A DNA stretch of 54,328 nt from Candidatus Bathyarchaeia archaeon (GCA_049515895.1 JBEKTQ010000025.1:1-54328); one strand, 5' to 3'. Positions 1-10,143 are shown, counted from the first letter of the stretch. Numbers and translations: made by a program. Notes: generated from the sequence alone by a model not told the origin.

Positions 1-172
1 TAAATCCACTCTTTTTCACCCCTTTCGCTTCAAGATTAACCGCCTTTGACTCAGCGTCAACGGCAAGAGTGGGAACGCCATTTACGGAGAGTGCGAAACT
101 ACCGGATGTAAATATCGATAGGCAGTCGACAATAGTGACCTGGCTACTAGTCCTTTTCGCCTTGCTGGGCAT
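1..172 (-). CDS. Hypothetical protein, partial (runs off the left window edge)
   Basis: ATG at 172 with GGAGGCG just upstream; open frame MPSKAKRTSSQVTIVDCLSIF... to the edge. Confidence 0.5.
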   Translation of the reverse strand, partial: MPSKAKRTSSQVTIVDCLSIFTSGSFALSVNGVPTLAVDAESKAVNLEAKGVKKSGF

Positions 173-449
173 TCTATTCGCCTCCGAGAAAGCCAAAAAT
201 CTCGCTGTAGAGCAAACTGGTTACCTCAGAACCTGATAGAAAGCTTGGATTTAATAATCTATTGCGTTCAAAGATAAATATGCGTTAGGGTCGGTGTCTG
301 TTTTCTGTTTTAAAAGCGCGGGCGCTCCCTCTGAAAACATGGACATGTTAACCTTTAGGTTTCTCAAACTGAATGCACAGGAATTGACAAATTTAGCAAA
401 ACGCATTTCTCAAGAAAGCTTATACCAGTTGGAATGTGATAGATGAGAT

Positions 450-641
450 ATGCTCAAACGAAACAGAGTAGCATCTTTCCTGCTGATGCCGGTAGCTGTC
501 TTTCTCTGGGGTATTGGCTGGTGCCTTTACTGGACAGGATCCAAAAGAGATACAGCAAAACCAAGAGCTAAACCGAAGTTGTCTGTTCAGAATGAGCTAG
601 TCATTTTTGTGCCGGCACCAGAACAGAGTGCGCGCGCTTAG
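450..641 (+). CDS. Small single-TM membrane protein
   Basis: 63 aa; hydrophobic FLLMPVAVFLWGIGWCLYW followed by a basic tail. Confidence 0.55.
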   Translation: MLKRNRVASFLLMPVAVFLWGIGWCLYWTGSKRDTAKPRAKPKLSVQNELVIFVPAPEQSARA

Positions 642-957
642 TAGTCGAATATCCAACGTAGTTGAGGGCTTAGTAGGACATTACTTTGTTAATCTCGCTT
701 TTCCAATTGAGAAAGCTTGTCCTACTATTACCGAGACCTGTGGTGCTGAAACACTTGTTGCTGACGTCACTCGGCCGATAACTGAGGCGCAGGTCCAGAA
801 GTTCCTGGAATGCAGTGAGTGCCAGGCGAAGCCGGTCGTGTTCTTCCAGTTCAAATTTGGTCAGGGCAAGAAGAGCAGGACGGAATGCGTTGGCATCTGC
901 GAGTCTCATTGGATCAAACTGTCGGACACTGTTATCGGATGGAGCGAAGTGAAATGA
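607..957 (+). CDS. Small putative Zn-binding protein (CxxC ... ICxxHW); true start uncertain
   Basis: CSEC and CESHW motifs; second copy at 9367-9550 differs largely by synonymous changes in this frame. Confidence 0.5.
   Translation: MCRHQNRVRALSSRISNVVEGLVGHYFVNLAFPIEKACPTITETCGAETLVADVTRPITEAQVQKFLECSECQAKPVVFFQFKFGQGKKSRTECVGICESHWIKLSDTVIGWSEVK
760..942 (+). repeat. Copy 1 of ~183-bp inverted dispersed duplication (partner 9367-9550)
   Basis: Alignment by eye to the reverse complement of 9367-9550. Confidence 0.9.
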
Positions 958-1193
958 TCCCTAAAACTGGTTCTGTCAGTCTGTTCGTGTCTGTTGGTGT
1001 CTATCTGTGGCCATTTTTCTTTGGGTTCTTAAGGAGTTCAAACACAAATCGCAGGCACTAATGCTGGAATCATGAATAACTATACCTCTCTTCTTTCTCG
1101 CCTTAATAGTACTTCCCCTTCGTCAAGGAGAGATAAGACGCAGACTTCACAGTACCTTAATACAAAACGCAAGCAAAAAACTATGGTACTTCA

Positions 1194-1700
1194 CTAGGGG
1201 TAGTATTCACCCAAATATAGGTGTTGAGTGGACCAGAAAAAGCATCTACATATTGTTGTAATGCTAAAAGTCGCTAACTGGGCTTGTATCCCGTATTTTG
1301 AGCCTGATTCTAGCATATTATTGAACAATGCCTGATTAAGATACATGTTTACATACATTGGAATGCTAAAATTGACCTGAGTCACACCGGGCTGAACAAA
1401 GGCAATATATGATTGGTAATATGGTGCTTGCGCTGAGGGAAAAATCGACCAGTTGCCTTCCGTTTGAGGATTCTCCCACGCTGGACCCATAAAAATTTCG
1501 TCTGCTGATGACATACTTGCATCGAACAAGGGAATAGGAGTTTCGTTTTCACGGAGAGAACTGTTAATTTCGTAAGTAAACTTTGTCGATTTTAAAAAGT
1601 CGCTACAATTTACGATTAAAGCATGAGGCGTTATAACAATTAAGCTGAGATTCATGAAACCATATGAACTAAAGTCGGTAGAACCGTTATGAAAAAACAT
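1194..1700 (-). CDS. Hypothetical protein, probably a fragment of a secreted protein
   Basis: 168-aa ORF, N/S/T-rich, no signal peptide; abuts the truncation point of the integrase. Confidence 0.4.
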   Translation of the reverse strand: MFFHNGSTDFSSYGFMNLSLIVITPHALIVNCSDFLKSTKFTYEINSSLRENETPIPLFDASMSSADEIFMGPAWENPQTEGNWSIFPSAQAPYYQSYIAFVQPGVTQVNFSIPMYVNMYLNQALFNNMLESGSKYGIQAQLATFSITTICRCFFWSTQHLYLGEYYP

Positions 1701-2059
1701 TCCGAATTATGCGTAAAAGAGCAGTCATCGATACGGGAGTTCAAGAGCTCAGCAAGATTCACTTTTATACTTTCCGTTACTGGCGAGCAACAGTTGAAAT
1801 GCAGGAGACAGGTCGAGAAGTCGACGTAATGGTCTTACTTGGGCACACAAGCGGAAAATACATCTACAAATATGCTCAACTCGCAAAGATCTATTTCGGC
1901 GGCGTCAAGAAATATAATAGCATCTGGGTTAACAACCGCGAAGACGAAATCAAGCTATCCAACGAAGGCTACGAATTCATCAGGACGGATCCGCGAGATG
2001 GCGCCAGCATGTACAGGAAATTAATTACGGCAGGAGCTACGCTAATAGGACACGATTAG
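1682..2059 (+). pseudogene. Tyrosine recombinase/integrase, C-terminal fragment
   Basis: FYTFR (degenerate HxxR), LLGH and downstream Tyr motifs; in-frame TAG at 1679 removes the N-terminal part; next to tRNA-Gly. Confidence 0.75.
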
Positions 2060-2170
2060 CTATGACCGAAAAACTATTTAACATCACCCGAGATTATCAC
2101 CGAAGGCAGCAGGATACGGGGCGACTTAAACATCACCCCAATACCCTAGTCCATCCTGAAGCATGTATGT

Positions 2171-2248
2171 GCGGTCGTAGTCTAGTTTGGTCTAGGACAT
2201 CAGCCTGCCACGCTGACGACCCGGGTTCAAATCTCGGCGACCGCACCA
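2171..2248 (+). tRNA. tRNA-Gly(GCC), CCA encoded
   Basis: Acceptor GCGGTCG/CGACCGC; anticodon arm TCAGC-CTGCCAC-GCTGA; T-loop TTCAAAT; ends ACCA. Confidence 0.95.
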
Positions 2249-2524
2249 CCCGCTTCTTCCCGAAGAATCGGGGGCAAGACCTTGCAACGCATGTGGAAAG
2301 ATGATTGGAGGAGGTTTCAAGTGCTGTCCAAAATGTCAAATCTACTTCTGCTATCTTTGTTGGATTAAGCTAATGTATCTGCAAAAGAAGTCAATAATAG
2401 AGCGCCCTATGTGCGATGAAAAGTTTTCATAAAGATAAATTTTAAATCTGCAAAAGGGGTCGAAATAGCATTGACCATTAAAATAAAGAATTGAAACGAA
2501 AAAGTAATTGTTGATGAGCAGACA

Positions 2525-2635
2525 ACCCAAACCCAAACGCCTACGTATACGGCTAAGCCCACGCCTACGCCCGCGCATGTGGTCACTCACTCACTCAGTC
2601 ACTCACTCGAGCAGTAACACTCCGTCAGTCTCAGT
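2525..2635. repeat. Degenerate 6-mer (ACGCCY-like) tract followed by a (TCAC)n tract
   Basis: acccaa acccaa acgcct acgtat acggct aagccc acgcct acgccc ... tcac tcac tcac tcag tcac tcac. Confidence 0.7.
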
Positions 2636-2671
2636 GTGCTTAACTTAAGTCAGCAGCGCGCTCCCTTATCA

Positions 2672-2986
2672 TTATCGATACTCTGTTTCCTCAGGTTCCT
2701 TTTTTCCACTCTTTAGAAGATATGTTAACAGTATAACTTCAACCACAACGTTGCCTGCGGCAAAAACGAGAGCAGAAGCGATATTAATTGAAAAGATATA
2801 GAAGAAAAGTAGACCTATAAGAACCCAGACAAAGAGAAAGTTCTTCGCGTGGGTAAAAACAGTTGTTTTCTTTTCTTTCATACACCGATTCGCGTAAAGA
2901 TAGATGCTGACCAGTATGAGAAAAACGATGCTAAAGCTGATGCTGTAAACCCACCAACTGAATAATTCACTATATTGCATTTTCAT
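2672..2986 (-). CDS. Small 3-TM membrane protein, downstream of mgtA
   Basis: Three hydrophobic segments; AAGGAGG upstream of ATG 2986. Confidence 0.7.
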   Translation of the reverse strand: MKMQYSELFSWWVYSISFSIVFLILVSIYLYANRCMKEKKTTVFTHAKNFLFVWVLIGLLFFYIFSINIASALVFAAGNVVVEVILLTYLLKSGKKEPEETEYR

Positions 2987-2993
2987 GTCCTCC

Positions 2994-5570
2994 TTAAAAC
3001 TTGCAAATTTTATAGAAGAATACCTTCCCTGCATCTACCAGCAGCAGGTAAGTCAAAACCATCAATATCAAAAGTCCCCAGAACTCAATTGGAATTGCTG
3101 CACCGAATCCTAGGAAGGCGCCTAGAGGTGTGAAAGGAACTATGGTCCCGAAGGCAACAAGAGCGATGACCAACACCGACAGCCACTTCCCAGGGCGACT
3201 TTTGAAAAACGGAAATCGTCTAGTTCTGATTACGAAAATTACAAGAACTTCGGTCCAAAATGACTCTATAAACCAGCCGCTTTGGAAAAGAGCTGGTGAA
3301 GCGCCGAATATGAAGAGCATGATACCAAACGTGAGAAAGTCGTAAAGCGAGCTGAAAGGTCCAAAGAATAGAGTGAATTTTCTTACGAAACCAATGTCCC
3401 ATTTCTTTGGCCATTTGGTATATTCTTCATCAACATTGTCTGTTGGCAGCGTCATGTTCGATGTATCATAGAGCAAGTTCATGAACAGAATCTGCATTGG
3501 AAGCATGGGCAGGAAGGGAAGAAAAAGAGATGCTGCCGCTGCACTGAACATGTTTCCAAAATTGGAACTCGTGCCCATCAAAACGTACTTGGTTGTGTTA
3601 CCGAATATCTTACGTCCTTCTCCAATGCCATCGGAGAGAACAAGCAGATCCTTCTCCAAAAGTACGATGTCAGCAGCGTCCTTTGAGACGTCTACCGCTG
3701 TGTCAACGGAAATGCCTACATCAGCTTCGTAAAGAGCTGGCGCGTCGTTTACTCCGTCTCCCATGAAACCCACTACGTGCTTATTCGCCTTCAGAGCCTT
3801 GATGATGTCGAGTTTTTGGTCTGGCGTTATCCTGGCGAAAATCGTAGCTTCTTCTACCGCGACCTTGATTTCGTCAAAGCTCATTTGACTTAGCTCTGAA
3901 CCTGAGACTATTTTCTTCACTGAAACCTTGATGTCATCGCAGATCTTTCTTGCGACAAGCTCGTTATCACCAGTGAGAATTTTGACTTCAACACCCATTC
4001 CCTTCATTTTTTCAATCGCTTGATGAGCATCCTTCTTTGGAGGATCAGTGAATGTGAGGAAGCCAAGAAACGTCAGATCAACTTCATCATCTACTGAATA
4101 AAAAGCCTCAGGCTCTACATTCCTGGAGGCAAGTGCAAGAACTCTATACCCAAGCGCTGAAAGTGTTACGAACTTTTCATTCATGGATTTTAAAACAGTG
4201 TCAATAGGCTCATTCCTTCCGTTAATTTCCGCGTATTTGCATTTAGAGAGAACCGATTCTGGAGCACCTTTGGTTATGAAGATAGTTTTGCCATCATTCC
4301 TGACCACAATCGACATCATTCGTCTTTGATAATCAAAAGGAATCTCGTCAATCTTTTCATAGAGTTTAAGGCTGCCTTCAACCCCGTTTGCCCTCGCATA
4401 CTCCCAGATGGCCACATCCATAGGGTTTCCCGATATCTTCTCAGCCACCACCGCAGAATTGCAAAGCAAAGAATAGGTGAGCACCCTAGGATCTTTTTCT
4501 TGGCCAATTGAAGAATAATCTTTCAGACCGATTTTTCCTTCTGTGACCGTTCCAGTTTTGTCTGTGCATAGAACGTCCATGTTGCCGAAGTCTTCAATTG
4601 AAACCAACCGTTTCACTATGACTTTTGACTGAGCCATTTTTCTCGCTCCCTGCGATAGACTGATTGTTACGATGGCAGGCATAAGCTCTGGAACTAAGCC
4701 TATAGCAATTGCGAGCGCAAATAGAAGAGAATCAATTAATGGATGACCTAGAACCGCATTCAATGAGAATATGCTAACCGCAAGTACAATTGTTAATGAG
4801 AGAAGCAAATTTCCGTACTGTTTAATTCCTTTTTGGAACTCGGTCTCTGGATGAGCCCTTGCAAGACTTCTTGAAATTGACCCAAATTCCGTGTTTTTTC
4901 CAGTCGAAACTACAATTCCTAAGCCAGTCCCGTTCGCTACAACCGTGCCCAAAAACGTGTAATTCGTTAATTGCTGCGGAGTCGGTTGTTGTATATCAAG
5001 ACTATCAGAATTTTTTTCAACAGGAAAAGATTCCCCAGTTAGGGTAGCTTCGTTACAATGAAGGTCTTTAGACTTTATTATCCGCATGTCCGCGGGAACA
5101 ATGTCTCCAACACTTACGGAAACCAAGTCTCCAGGAACCACAAGTTCCGAGTTAATTTCATAAGACTTGCCGTCTCTTGTCACAAGAGCTTTATATGATA
5201 CACTTTTCCTAAGGCTATCAACGATTTTCTCAGCCTTGTATTCGTTGTAAAATCCCAAGACTACACTTAAAACGATCATTGAAATAATCGATATTGATTG
5301 GTCAGGTTGAGCGAAGAAACCAGCAACGACTGCCGCTGCAATCAGTATGGCAAATATAGGATTTTTAAACTGACGTACGAGTATTGGGACAACACTAAAA
5401 GCTTGCCTAGGAAGCTCATTACGCCCATTGGCTTTCAAACGTCGCTGAGCTTCTTGTTCAGATAATCCTTTTTCAGAAGTACCGAGACTTTCATAAACCT
5501 CTTCAGGCTTAGGTGACCAATAATTTTCAGTTCTTGGACCGACGGTTTTACGAACTGCCGTTGATTTAAA
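2994..5570 (-). CDS. mgtA: Mg2+-translocating P-type ATPase (P3B)
   Basis: TGES, PEL, DKTGT, KGAPE, TGDN, GDGVND and SSNFGNMFS motifs; conserved N-terminal segment stays in frame upstream of TTG 5438, so start is uncertain. Confidence 0.9.
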   Translation of the reverse strand, partial: FKSTAVRKTVGPRTENYWSPKPEEVYESLGTSEKGLSEQEAQRRLKANGRNELPRQAFSVVPILVRQFKNPIFAILIAAAVVAGFFAQPDQSISIISMIVLSVVLGFYNEYKAEKIVDSLRKSVSYKALVTRDGKSYEINSELVVPGDLVSVSVGDIVPADMRIIKSKDLHCNEATLTGESFPVEKNSDSLDIQQPTPQQLTNYTFLGTVVANGTGLGIVVSTGKNTEFGSISRSLARAHPETEFQKGIKQYGNLLLSLTIVLAVSIFSLNAVLGHPLIDSLLFALAIAIGLVPELMPAIVTISLSQGARKMAQSKVIVKRLVSIEDFGNMDVLCTDKTGTVTEGKIGLKDYSSIGQEKDPRVLTYSLLCNSAVVAEKISGNPMDVAIWEYARANGVEGSLKLYEKIDEIPFDYQRRMMSIVVRNDGKTIFITKGAPESVLSKCKYAEINGRNEPIDTVLKSMNEKFVTLSALGYRVLALASRNVEPEAFYSVDDEVDLTFLGFLTFTDPPKKDAHQAIEKMKGMGVEVKILTGDNELVARKICDDIKVSVKKIVSGSELSQMSFDEIKVAVEEATIFARITPDQKLDIIKALKANKHVVGFMGDGVNDAPALYEADVGISVDTAVDVSKDAADIVLLEKDLLVLSDGIGEGRKIFGNTTKYVLMGTSSNFGNMFSAAAASLFLPFLPMLPMQILFMNLLYDTSNMTLPTDNVDEEYTKWPKKWDIGFVRKFTLFFGPFSSLYDFLTFGIMLFIFGASPALFQSGWFIESFWTEVLVIFVIRTRRFPFFKSRPGKWLSVLVIALVAFGTIVPFTPLGAFLGFGAAIPIEFWGLLILMVLTYLLLVDAGKVFFYKICKF

Positions 5571-5653
5571 TCCGCCTCGGAGCTGTTCTCCAAAGGAGGT
5601 TTACTATCGCTTATAGGTGTTTTGCTTAATTTGTTTCCTAAAAAGGGGAATTC

Positions 5654-6430
5654 CTAGCAAATTGCTGGTTCTTCGTGGACATCTATTCGTGTGATGTTTG
5701 GGTAGGCTTTCTTTATTTCCTTCTCGAGTCTGCTTGAAATCTCGTGTGCTTTCCTTATCTCGATGTTTGGATCAAAATTGCAGCACAGAACCAAGTGAAG
5801 AACTTCCCCGACTCTTCGGACTTTTATGTCCGAAACGCTCTTAATTTCAGAAAAGCCAGCTACCAAATGTTGGATGTATGATTCGAGTTCTGTTTGAACG
5901 CCTGTTTGCTCTCTAAGGACTAACTCCGTGGCAGTTTCAATGTGCACTATAATCTCGGCAATGTTAGGATTCGCTTCCTTTATCTTCTTCTCGATCTGAT
6001 CTGAAACATCATGGGCTTGCTTTAGAGTCATATTAGCGCTTACTTCAAGATGTAAGTCAACGCCCAATTTGCCATCGATATCCTGAATATGTATGTTGTG
6101 AACCCCTCTGGAACCAGGAGTTCCGTCTGCAATTTCCTTGACAAGTTCCCAGATGTTCTCATGACCAGTACCCACTGGTTCCGTATGAACAGTGACCCTT
6201 CCGTTTGGAACAACGTTTTTCACTTCACTCTCGATATTTGTAGATATCCTATGGGTCTCCTCAAAAGTGAGAGTGTTGTCAAGTAAGACATGAACTTCCA
6301 CATAAACTCTCTTTCCTGTGATATGAACTTCAAGTTTATGATAGCCTTTCACAGCTTTGTTTGCCTCAATCTGTTTCTTGACCATCTGCTCAATTTCTTT
6401 CTCAGAACGCTCGATTAATGGTAATGGCAA
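5654..6430 (-). CDS. Stand-alone protein of three tandem CDF C-terminal (ZT_dimer) domains
   Basis: Three ~80-aa repeats with (T/A)H(R/D/E)(I/V)S and VHxE(P/T) motifs; no TM segments. Confidence 0.8.
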   Translation of the reverse strand: MPLPLIERSEKEIEQMVKKQIEANKAVKGYHKLEVHITGKRVYVEVHVLLDNTLTFEETHRISTNIESEVKNVVPNGRVTVHTEPVGTGHENIWELVKEIADGTPGSRGVHNIHIQDIDGKLGVDLHLEVSANMTLKQAHDVSDQIEKKIKEANPNIAEIIVHIETATELVLREQTGVQTELESYIQHLVAGFSEIKSVSDIKVRRVGEVLHLVLCCNFDPNIEIRKAHEISSRLEKEIKKAYPNITRIDVHEEPAIC

Positions 6431-6575
6431 ATTCTAGACCTCAATAGCATATACAGTTTATAGATATATTTCAATGTCTCTCAAAGAAGATCAAAAGCGC
6501 GCGCTGCCAATCTGTGAGCGCGTAGAGCGTGCTCCGTAGCTTCTGGATATTATTTTTGACTGCCAATTTCGGGGT

Positions 6576-7352
6576 TTATAATGGTAAGGTACCTATGAAG
6601 TGACCAATCAAGAATCCTGCTAGACCTGCAGTCAGCCCGATTGCCGCCATCTGCAAGCCGCTCCTCCATAGAGAGCCCACCGTGGTTTTCGCTTCGTAGA
6701 TCCCGATGCATAACAAGGCAGCTCCGCTGAAAATGACTGAAGCTTCCGTTCCAATGAGAATATTTTTTCCAACGAAAAGATAGGGTATCAAAGGGATGAA
6801 CGAGCCAAATATGGTGGAAGCTCCGACAACCAAGGCACTGCGACGCGCTTCAGACTTGCCAACTGGGGCAAGATCAAGTTCGTAAGACATCATTAAATCG
6901 AGCATAGCCTTCGGATTTTTAACAATTAACCCCGTCAAATCATCAAGTTCGTCCCCTTCATAACCCCAGCGTCTAAAGATTCCTCTCACCTCTTCTCTTT
7001 CAATTTCAGGCACGTCCTTCATCTCTTTACGCTCTCTCTCGGCTTCTTTCAGATAGACTCGTCGTCTAGCTGCAGTGGAGGTGAAGGCGACAGCTCCCAT
7101 CGATATGGACTCGGCTCCGAGAGCGGCCAGAGCGGCCACGAAGAAAATTCGGACGTCGGTTGTTGCCGCTGTCAACCCGAGGAGAATACCCAACACGTTT
7201 ACTAGACCATCCTGACTCCCAAGAATAAAGTTGGAAAGGAGAGTGGGACGTGAGTGTCTTTCACTTATGACTTTGGGACGCACAATCTTTGTTGGATCCG
7301 TGTTTTTTGTATTCCTTTTCATATTTTGCAGATATTCTCCAGCTGAAGTCAA
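6576..7352 (-). CDS. VIT1/CCC1 family Fe/Mn transporter
   Basis: ILGSQDGLV, ESISMG, acidic EREE cytoplasmic domain, IPLIPY. Confidence 0.9.
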   Translation of the reverse strand: MTSAGEYLQNMKRNTKNTDPTKIVRPKVISERHSRPTLLSNFILGSQDGLVNVLGILLGLTAATTDVRIFFVAALAALGAESISMGAVAFTSTAARRRVYLKEAERERKEMKDVPEIEREEVRGIFRRWGYEGDELDDLTGLIVKNPKAMLDLMMSYELDLAPVGKSEARRSALVVGASTIFGSFIPLIPYLFVGKNILIGTEASVIFSGAALLCIGIYEAKTTVGSLWRSGLQMAAIGLTAGLAGFLIGHFIGTLPL

Positions 7353-7790
7353 TTGTGTTCCCTCTAATAGTTAGCTGACCAAGAATTACTTAAAAGAATG
7401 CCGTAAGTCATTAGCTCCTTCAAGGTTTGACCCTTTGAGCTTGGGAAACTGGATTTTCGGTTCGGTCATATCGGTTCCTTACAATTCTTTGAAGCTGGGC
7501 TTCAACTCCAGAAGGGCTAGTAGGTCCAATGGTTACCCGAGAGTTTGAAAGTCGACCTGACTATAGTAGAATGTAGCCCGGGATAGGTTCAAACTCTGGT
7601 TTATCCACAAAAATTACTTGTTTATAAAATTTAGTTTAAAGTTTCTCAGCTGAAAAGTAATTCCTCCTGAATAATACACTTTTCGTTTTTCGCCTAATTC
7701 ATGTAAAATTGAGCTGTAAGCAAGAAGAAAAGTAATAGTTTTCTCAAGCAACATTCACGTATCATTTGAGTGTGGATTAAAATTCAATCT

Positions 7791-7893
7791 TTCTCTCTCT
7801 CGTGCCCACACTAACGCCTACACCCACGCACCCTCGCACGCCCCCGTGCCCACTGTCAGTCTGTCTCCCTGTCTGTCTCTGTCTCTGTCACCC
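7791..7893. repeat. Degenerate 6-mer (ACGCCC-like) tract followed by a (TCTGTC)n tract
   Basis: gtgccc acacta acgcct acaccc acgcac ... acgccc ... tctgtc tccctg tctgtc tctgtc tctgtc. Confidence 0.7.
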
Positions 7894-8243
7894 ATGCAAA
7901 AGACAAAACTACTCGAATAGCTCATTTCAAACTTATATGAAGCTGTAATTGAAGATTTCATGCAATCAACATGCTCTAGTGAATAACCTGATAACAGCTT
8001 TCGCAAGTTTAAATTAAGAAACAGACAATAAGCCAAGTGAAGTGGGAGAAGAAGCCGCTGGCAGAGGCTATCAAACTCACTGTAATCAAACAAAAACAAC
8101 TAATGCAAATAAAATTGCATGCGTAATTTGAATCGCTATTTATCCTCTCGTAAAAACAGATTAACTAATCCGAAAATTAGCCGCTACCTGCGGCTCACCT
8201 TCACTTCCAAAACCACAATTGAGATTGACGGATAAGAAGGTAG

Positions 8244-8777
8244 GTGAAAAAAGTGAAGAAGACAGTTAAAATATTCTCAATATTGGCAGTCATGATTTTG
8301 CTGGTTGGAATGTCTGGCACGATGTCCAACGTAAAGGCGATCAGATTCGTTCCAGCGAGCGTCTATGCAACGGGACCCCCTACAGTGACCCCTGGTAATA
8401 TTAAGTACTTTTCCAATGGAGGCTTCATTAGCTGGGATTGGGGATTTTCAATCCCAAACGCAATGTGGATTGGAAGCCGTGAATACGACACGCTTAGTGT
8501 CAGCACTTTCGGTGGTGTGTATGTCCCGTCTACGGACACATTAACTTTGCACTTTAACGTGGTGTGGACTGTCGGCTCATATCCGTGGGATGGCTTTAGA
8601 GGGCAGTTAGTGATTATAGAATATAACTATAACGCAGTAACGGAGACAGGAAACCCAGATTCAGTGTACGTTGTTGCCCATGGCTTTGGCACGTTTGAAG
8701 GAATGCCCCTGATACTGTCGTATTATGGTCCGAACCAAGTCACTGGAACTTGGACGGGATACGTTATCGAACCCTAA
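8244..8777 (+). CDS. Secreted hypothetical protein
   Basis: Basic plus hydrophobic signal peptide ending VKA; beta-rich mature part; T-tract after the stop. Confidence 0.75.
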   Translation: MKKVKKTVKIFSILAVMILLVGMSGTMSNVKAIRFVPASVYATGPPTVTPGNIKYFSNGGFISWDWGFSIPNAMWIGSREYDTLSVSTFGGVYVPSTDTLTLHFNVVWTVGSYPWDGFRGQLVIIEYNYNAVTETGNPDSVYVVAHGFGTFEGMPLILSYYGPNQVTGTWTGYVIEP

Positions 8778-8935
8778 GGAGCAAACCAAGCCAATAAACA
8801 ACTTTTTTTTCCCTCTTTTTGCTTTCAACACACGCGTAGAGAGCGCGTTTATAAAGACACAACCCGTTAAACGATGTTATTCTATGTCTGCTCTACTTGC
8901 GTCAGCTAAGTCGCCACTTGCAATTTGACGCAAAT

Positions 8936-9313
8936 CTATCCTATATGCTGCAGGACCGCCAGGTTATTCGCCACCGTAAAAGAAACATAAACGAAGACGG
9001 CAAACCAGCAACCCAGAAACAGAACCTTCGCAAACAGCTTCAACAGGAACGGAACATTTTCCTTCTGGAAACGCCTAAGCAGGTACCGCAGCGAGCTGTC
9101 AGAAAAAACTATGAAGGCACCGAAGAAAACAAGTTTGAAGACGGCGGTGGCGTTGAACCCGATGGATGCGAAAAGATAACGGGACAGGAGACTTTTCTCT
9201 GAGGCGCCCAGCAGCAAAGCGATCCTGGTTGTCGACACGTCAAGAACCGTGCCGAACAAGCTAGCGCCGTAAAATGGCATCAAAAAACTCCGGAAACTAA
9301 ACGCCTCCGTCAT
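8936..9313 (-). CDS. Membrane protein, DUF5658-like
   Basis: LDVSTTRIALLLGASE motif and 3 TM segments; GAGGAGG upstream of ATG 9313. Confidence 0.6.
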   Translation of the reverse strand: MTEAFSFRSFLMPFYGASLFGTVLDVSTTRIALLLGASEKSLLSRYLFASIGFNATAVFKLVFFGAFIVFSDSSLRYLLRRFQKENVPFLLKLFAKVLFLGCWFAVFVYVSFTVANNLAVLQHIG

Positions 9314-9354
9314 TCTTTCGGTCCTCCTCACTAAATCGGGAATCAAATTTATGC

Positions 9355-9550
9355 TTAAGAACCTTCCCAACCGATCACAGTGTCCGACAGTTTGATCCAA
9401 TGAGACTCGCAGATACCAACGCACTCCGTCCTGCTCTTCTTGGCCTGACCAAATTTGAACTGAAAGAACACGACCGGCTTCGCCTGGCACTCACTGCATT
9501 CCAGCAACCTCTGGAACCCGCGCCTCAGTTATCGGCCTTGTGACATCGGC
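9355..9550 (-). pseudogene. Frameshifted second copy of the 607-957 Zn-binding gene 3' part
   Basis: Reverse complement of 760-942 with a 1-nt insertion near 9518; ends ...IGWEGS*. Confidence 0.7.
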
Positions 9551-10143
9551 ACCGTCGTTACCGCACCATAATTCTGGTTCAAATTCCATAGAGCCCCAAA
9601 TCGCTTTAGAGTCGAATCCAAATAACTTCTAAGCATAACTCATTTTTGTGTTTTTTAAGGCTAGAAATGATGCGGTCGAGTGAGCTTTCCTCCTTTTTTT
9701 ACAAGCAAAATAAGCTCGAGGCGCGCTTTGCGAGAGTTAGAATACTCCCCCTGGCTTCACCAAACCCTAGTCAGCTTCAATTTCACACTCTCGGACTTTC
9801 AAGTCTTCTTCATTTGTTTTATGCTTTCTATTTCCTTGTAGAACCCTTCATCATACTCCCTTTGTTATCGTTAAATACATCCATGAATATTCCATTAGTT
9901 AATAGGCTTCCAGCCCATTTTTTCCAATCGGACCAATCCTGTTTAGACATCCAAACTCTCTCTAACAATGATATAACAGCGTCAAAAAATAAGTAAGCCT
10001 TCTTTTCAGCATCACTATTCTTTTCCCAGGTTAGGTGCGGAGTTCCCCGCCTCATAGAGAATAAAATCTTTTAAGCAAAGTCAAACTAGCAGGAAAAGGG
10101 CAATGAAGACAGAATCTGCAAGAATTCTTTCAGGTGACGGAAA

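Noticed and set aside
819-1061. MPGEAGRVL... ORF and the matching N-terminal extension of 8936-9490
   Set aside because: Alternative frame of the duplicated segment; the substitution pattern favours the Cys-containing frame
2062-2339. ORFs overlapping tRNA-Gly; likewise 48935-49300 and 51334-51579
   Set aside because: Shadow ORFs across tRNA genes
3130-5047. Short ORFs within mgtA, and similar ones inside purA, tuf, GH15 and others
   Set aside because: Antisense or out-of-frame shadows of well-supported genes
7410-7620. Possible minus-strand gene remnant (VIFVDKPEFEPIPGYILL*...)
   Set aside because: Internal stop and no recognisable family
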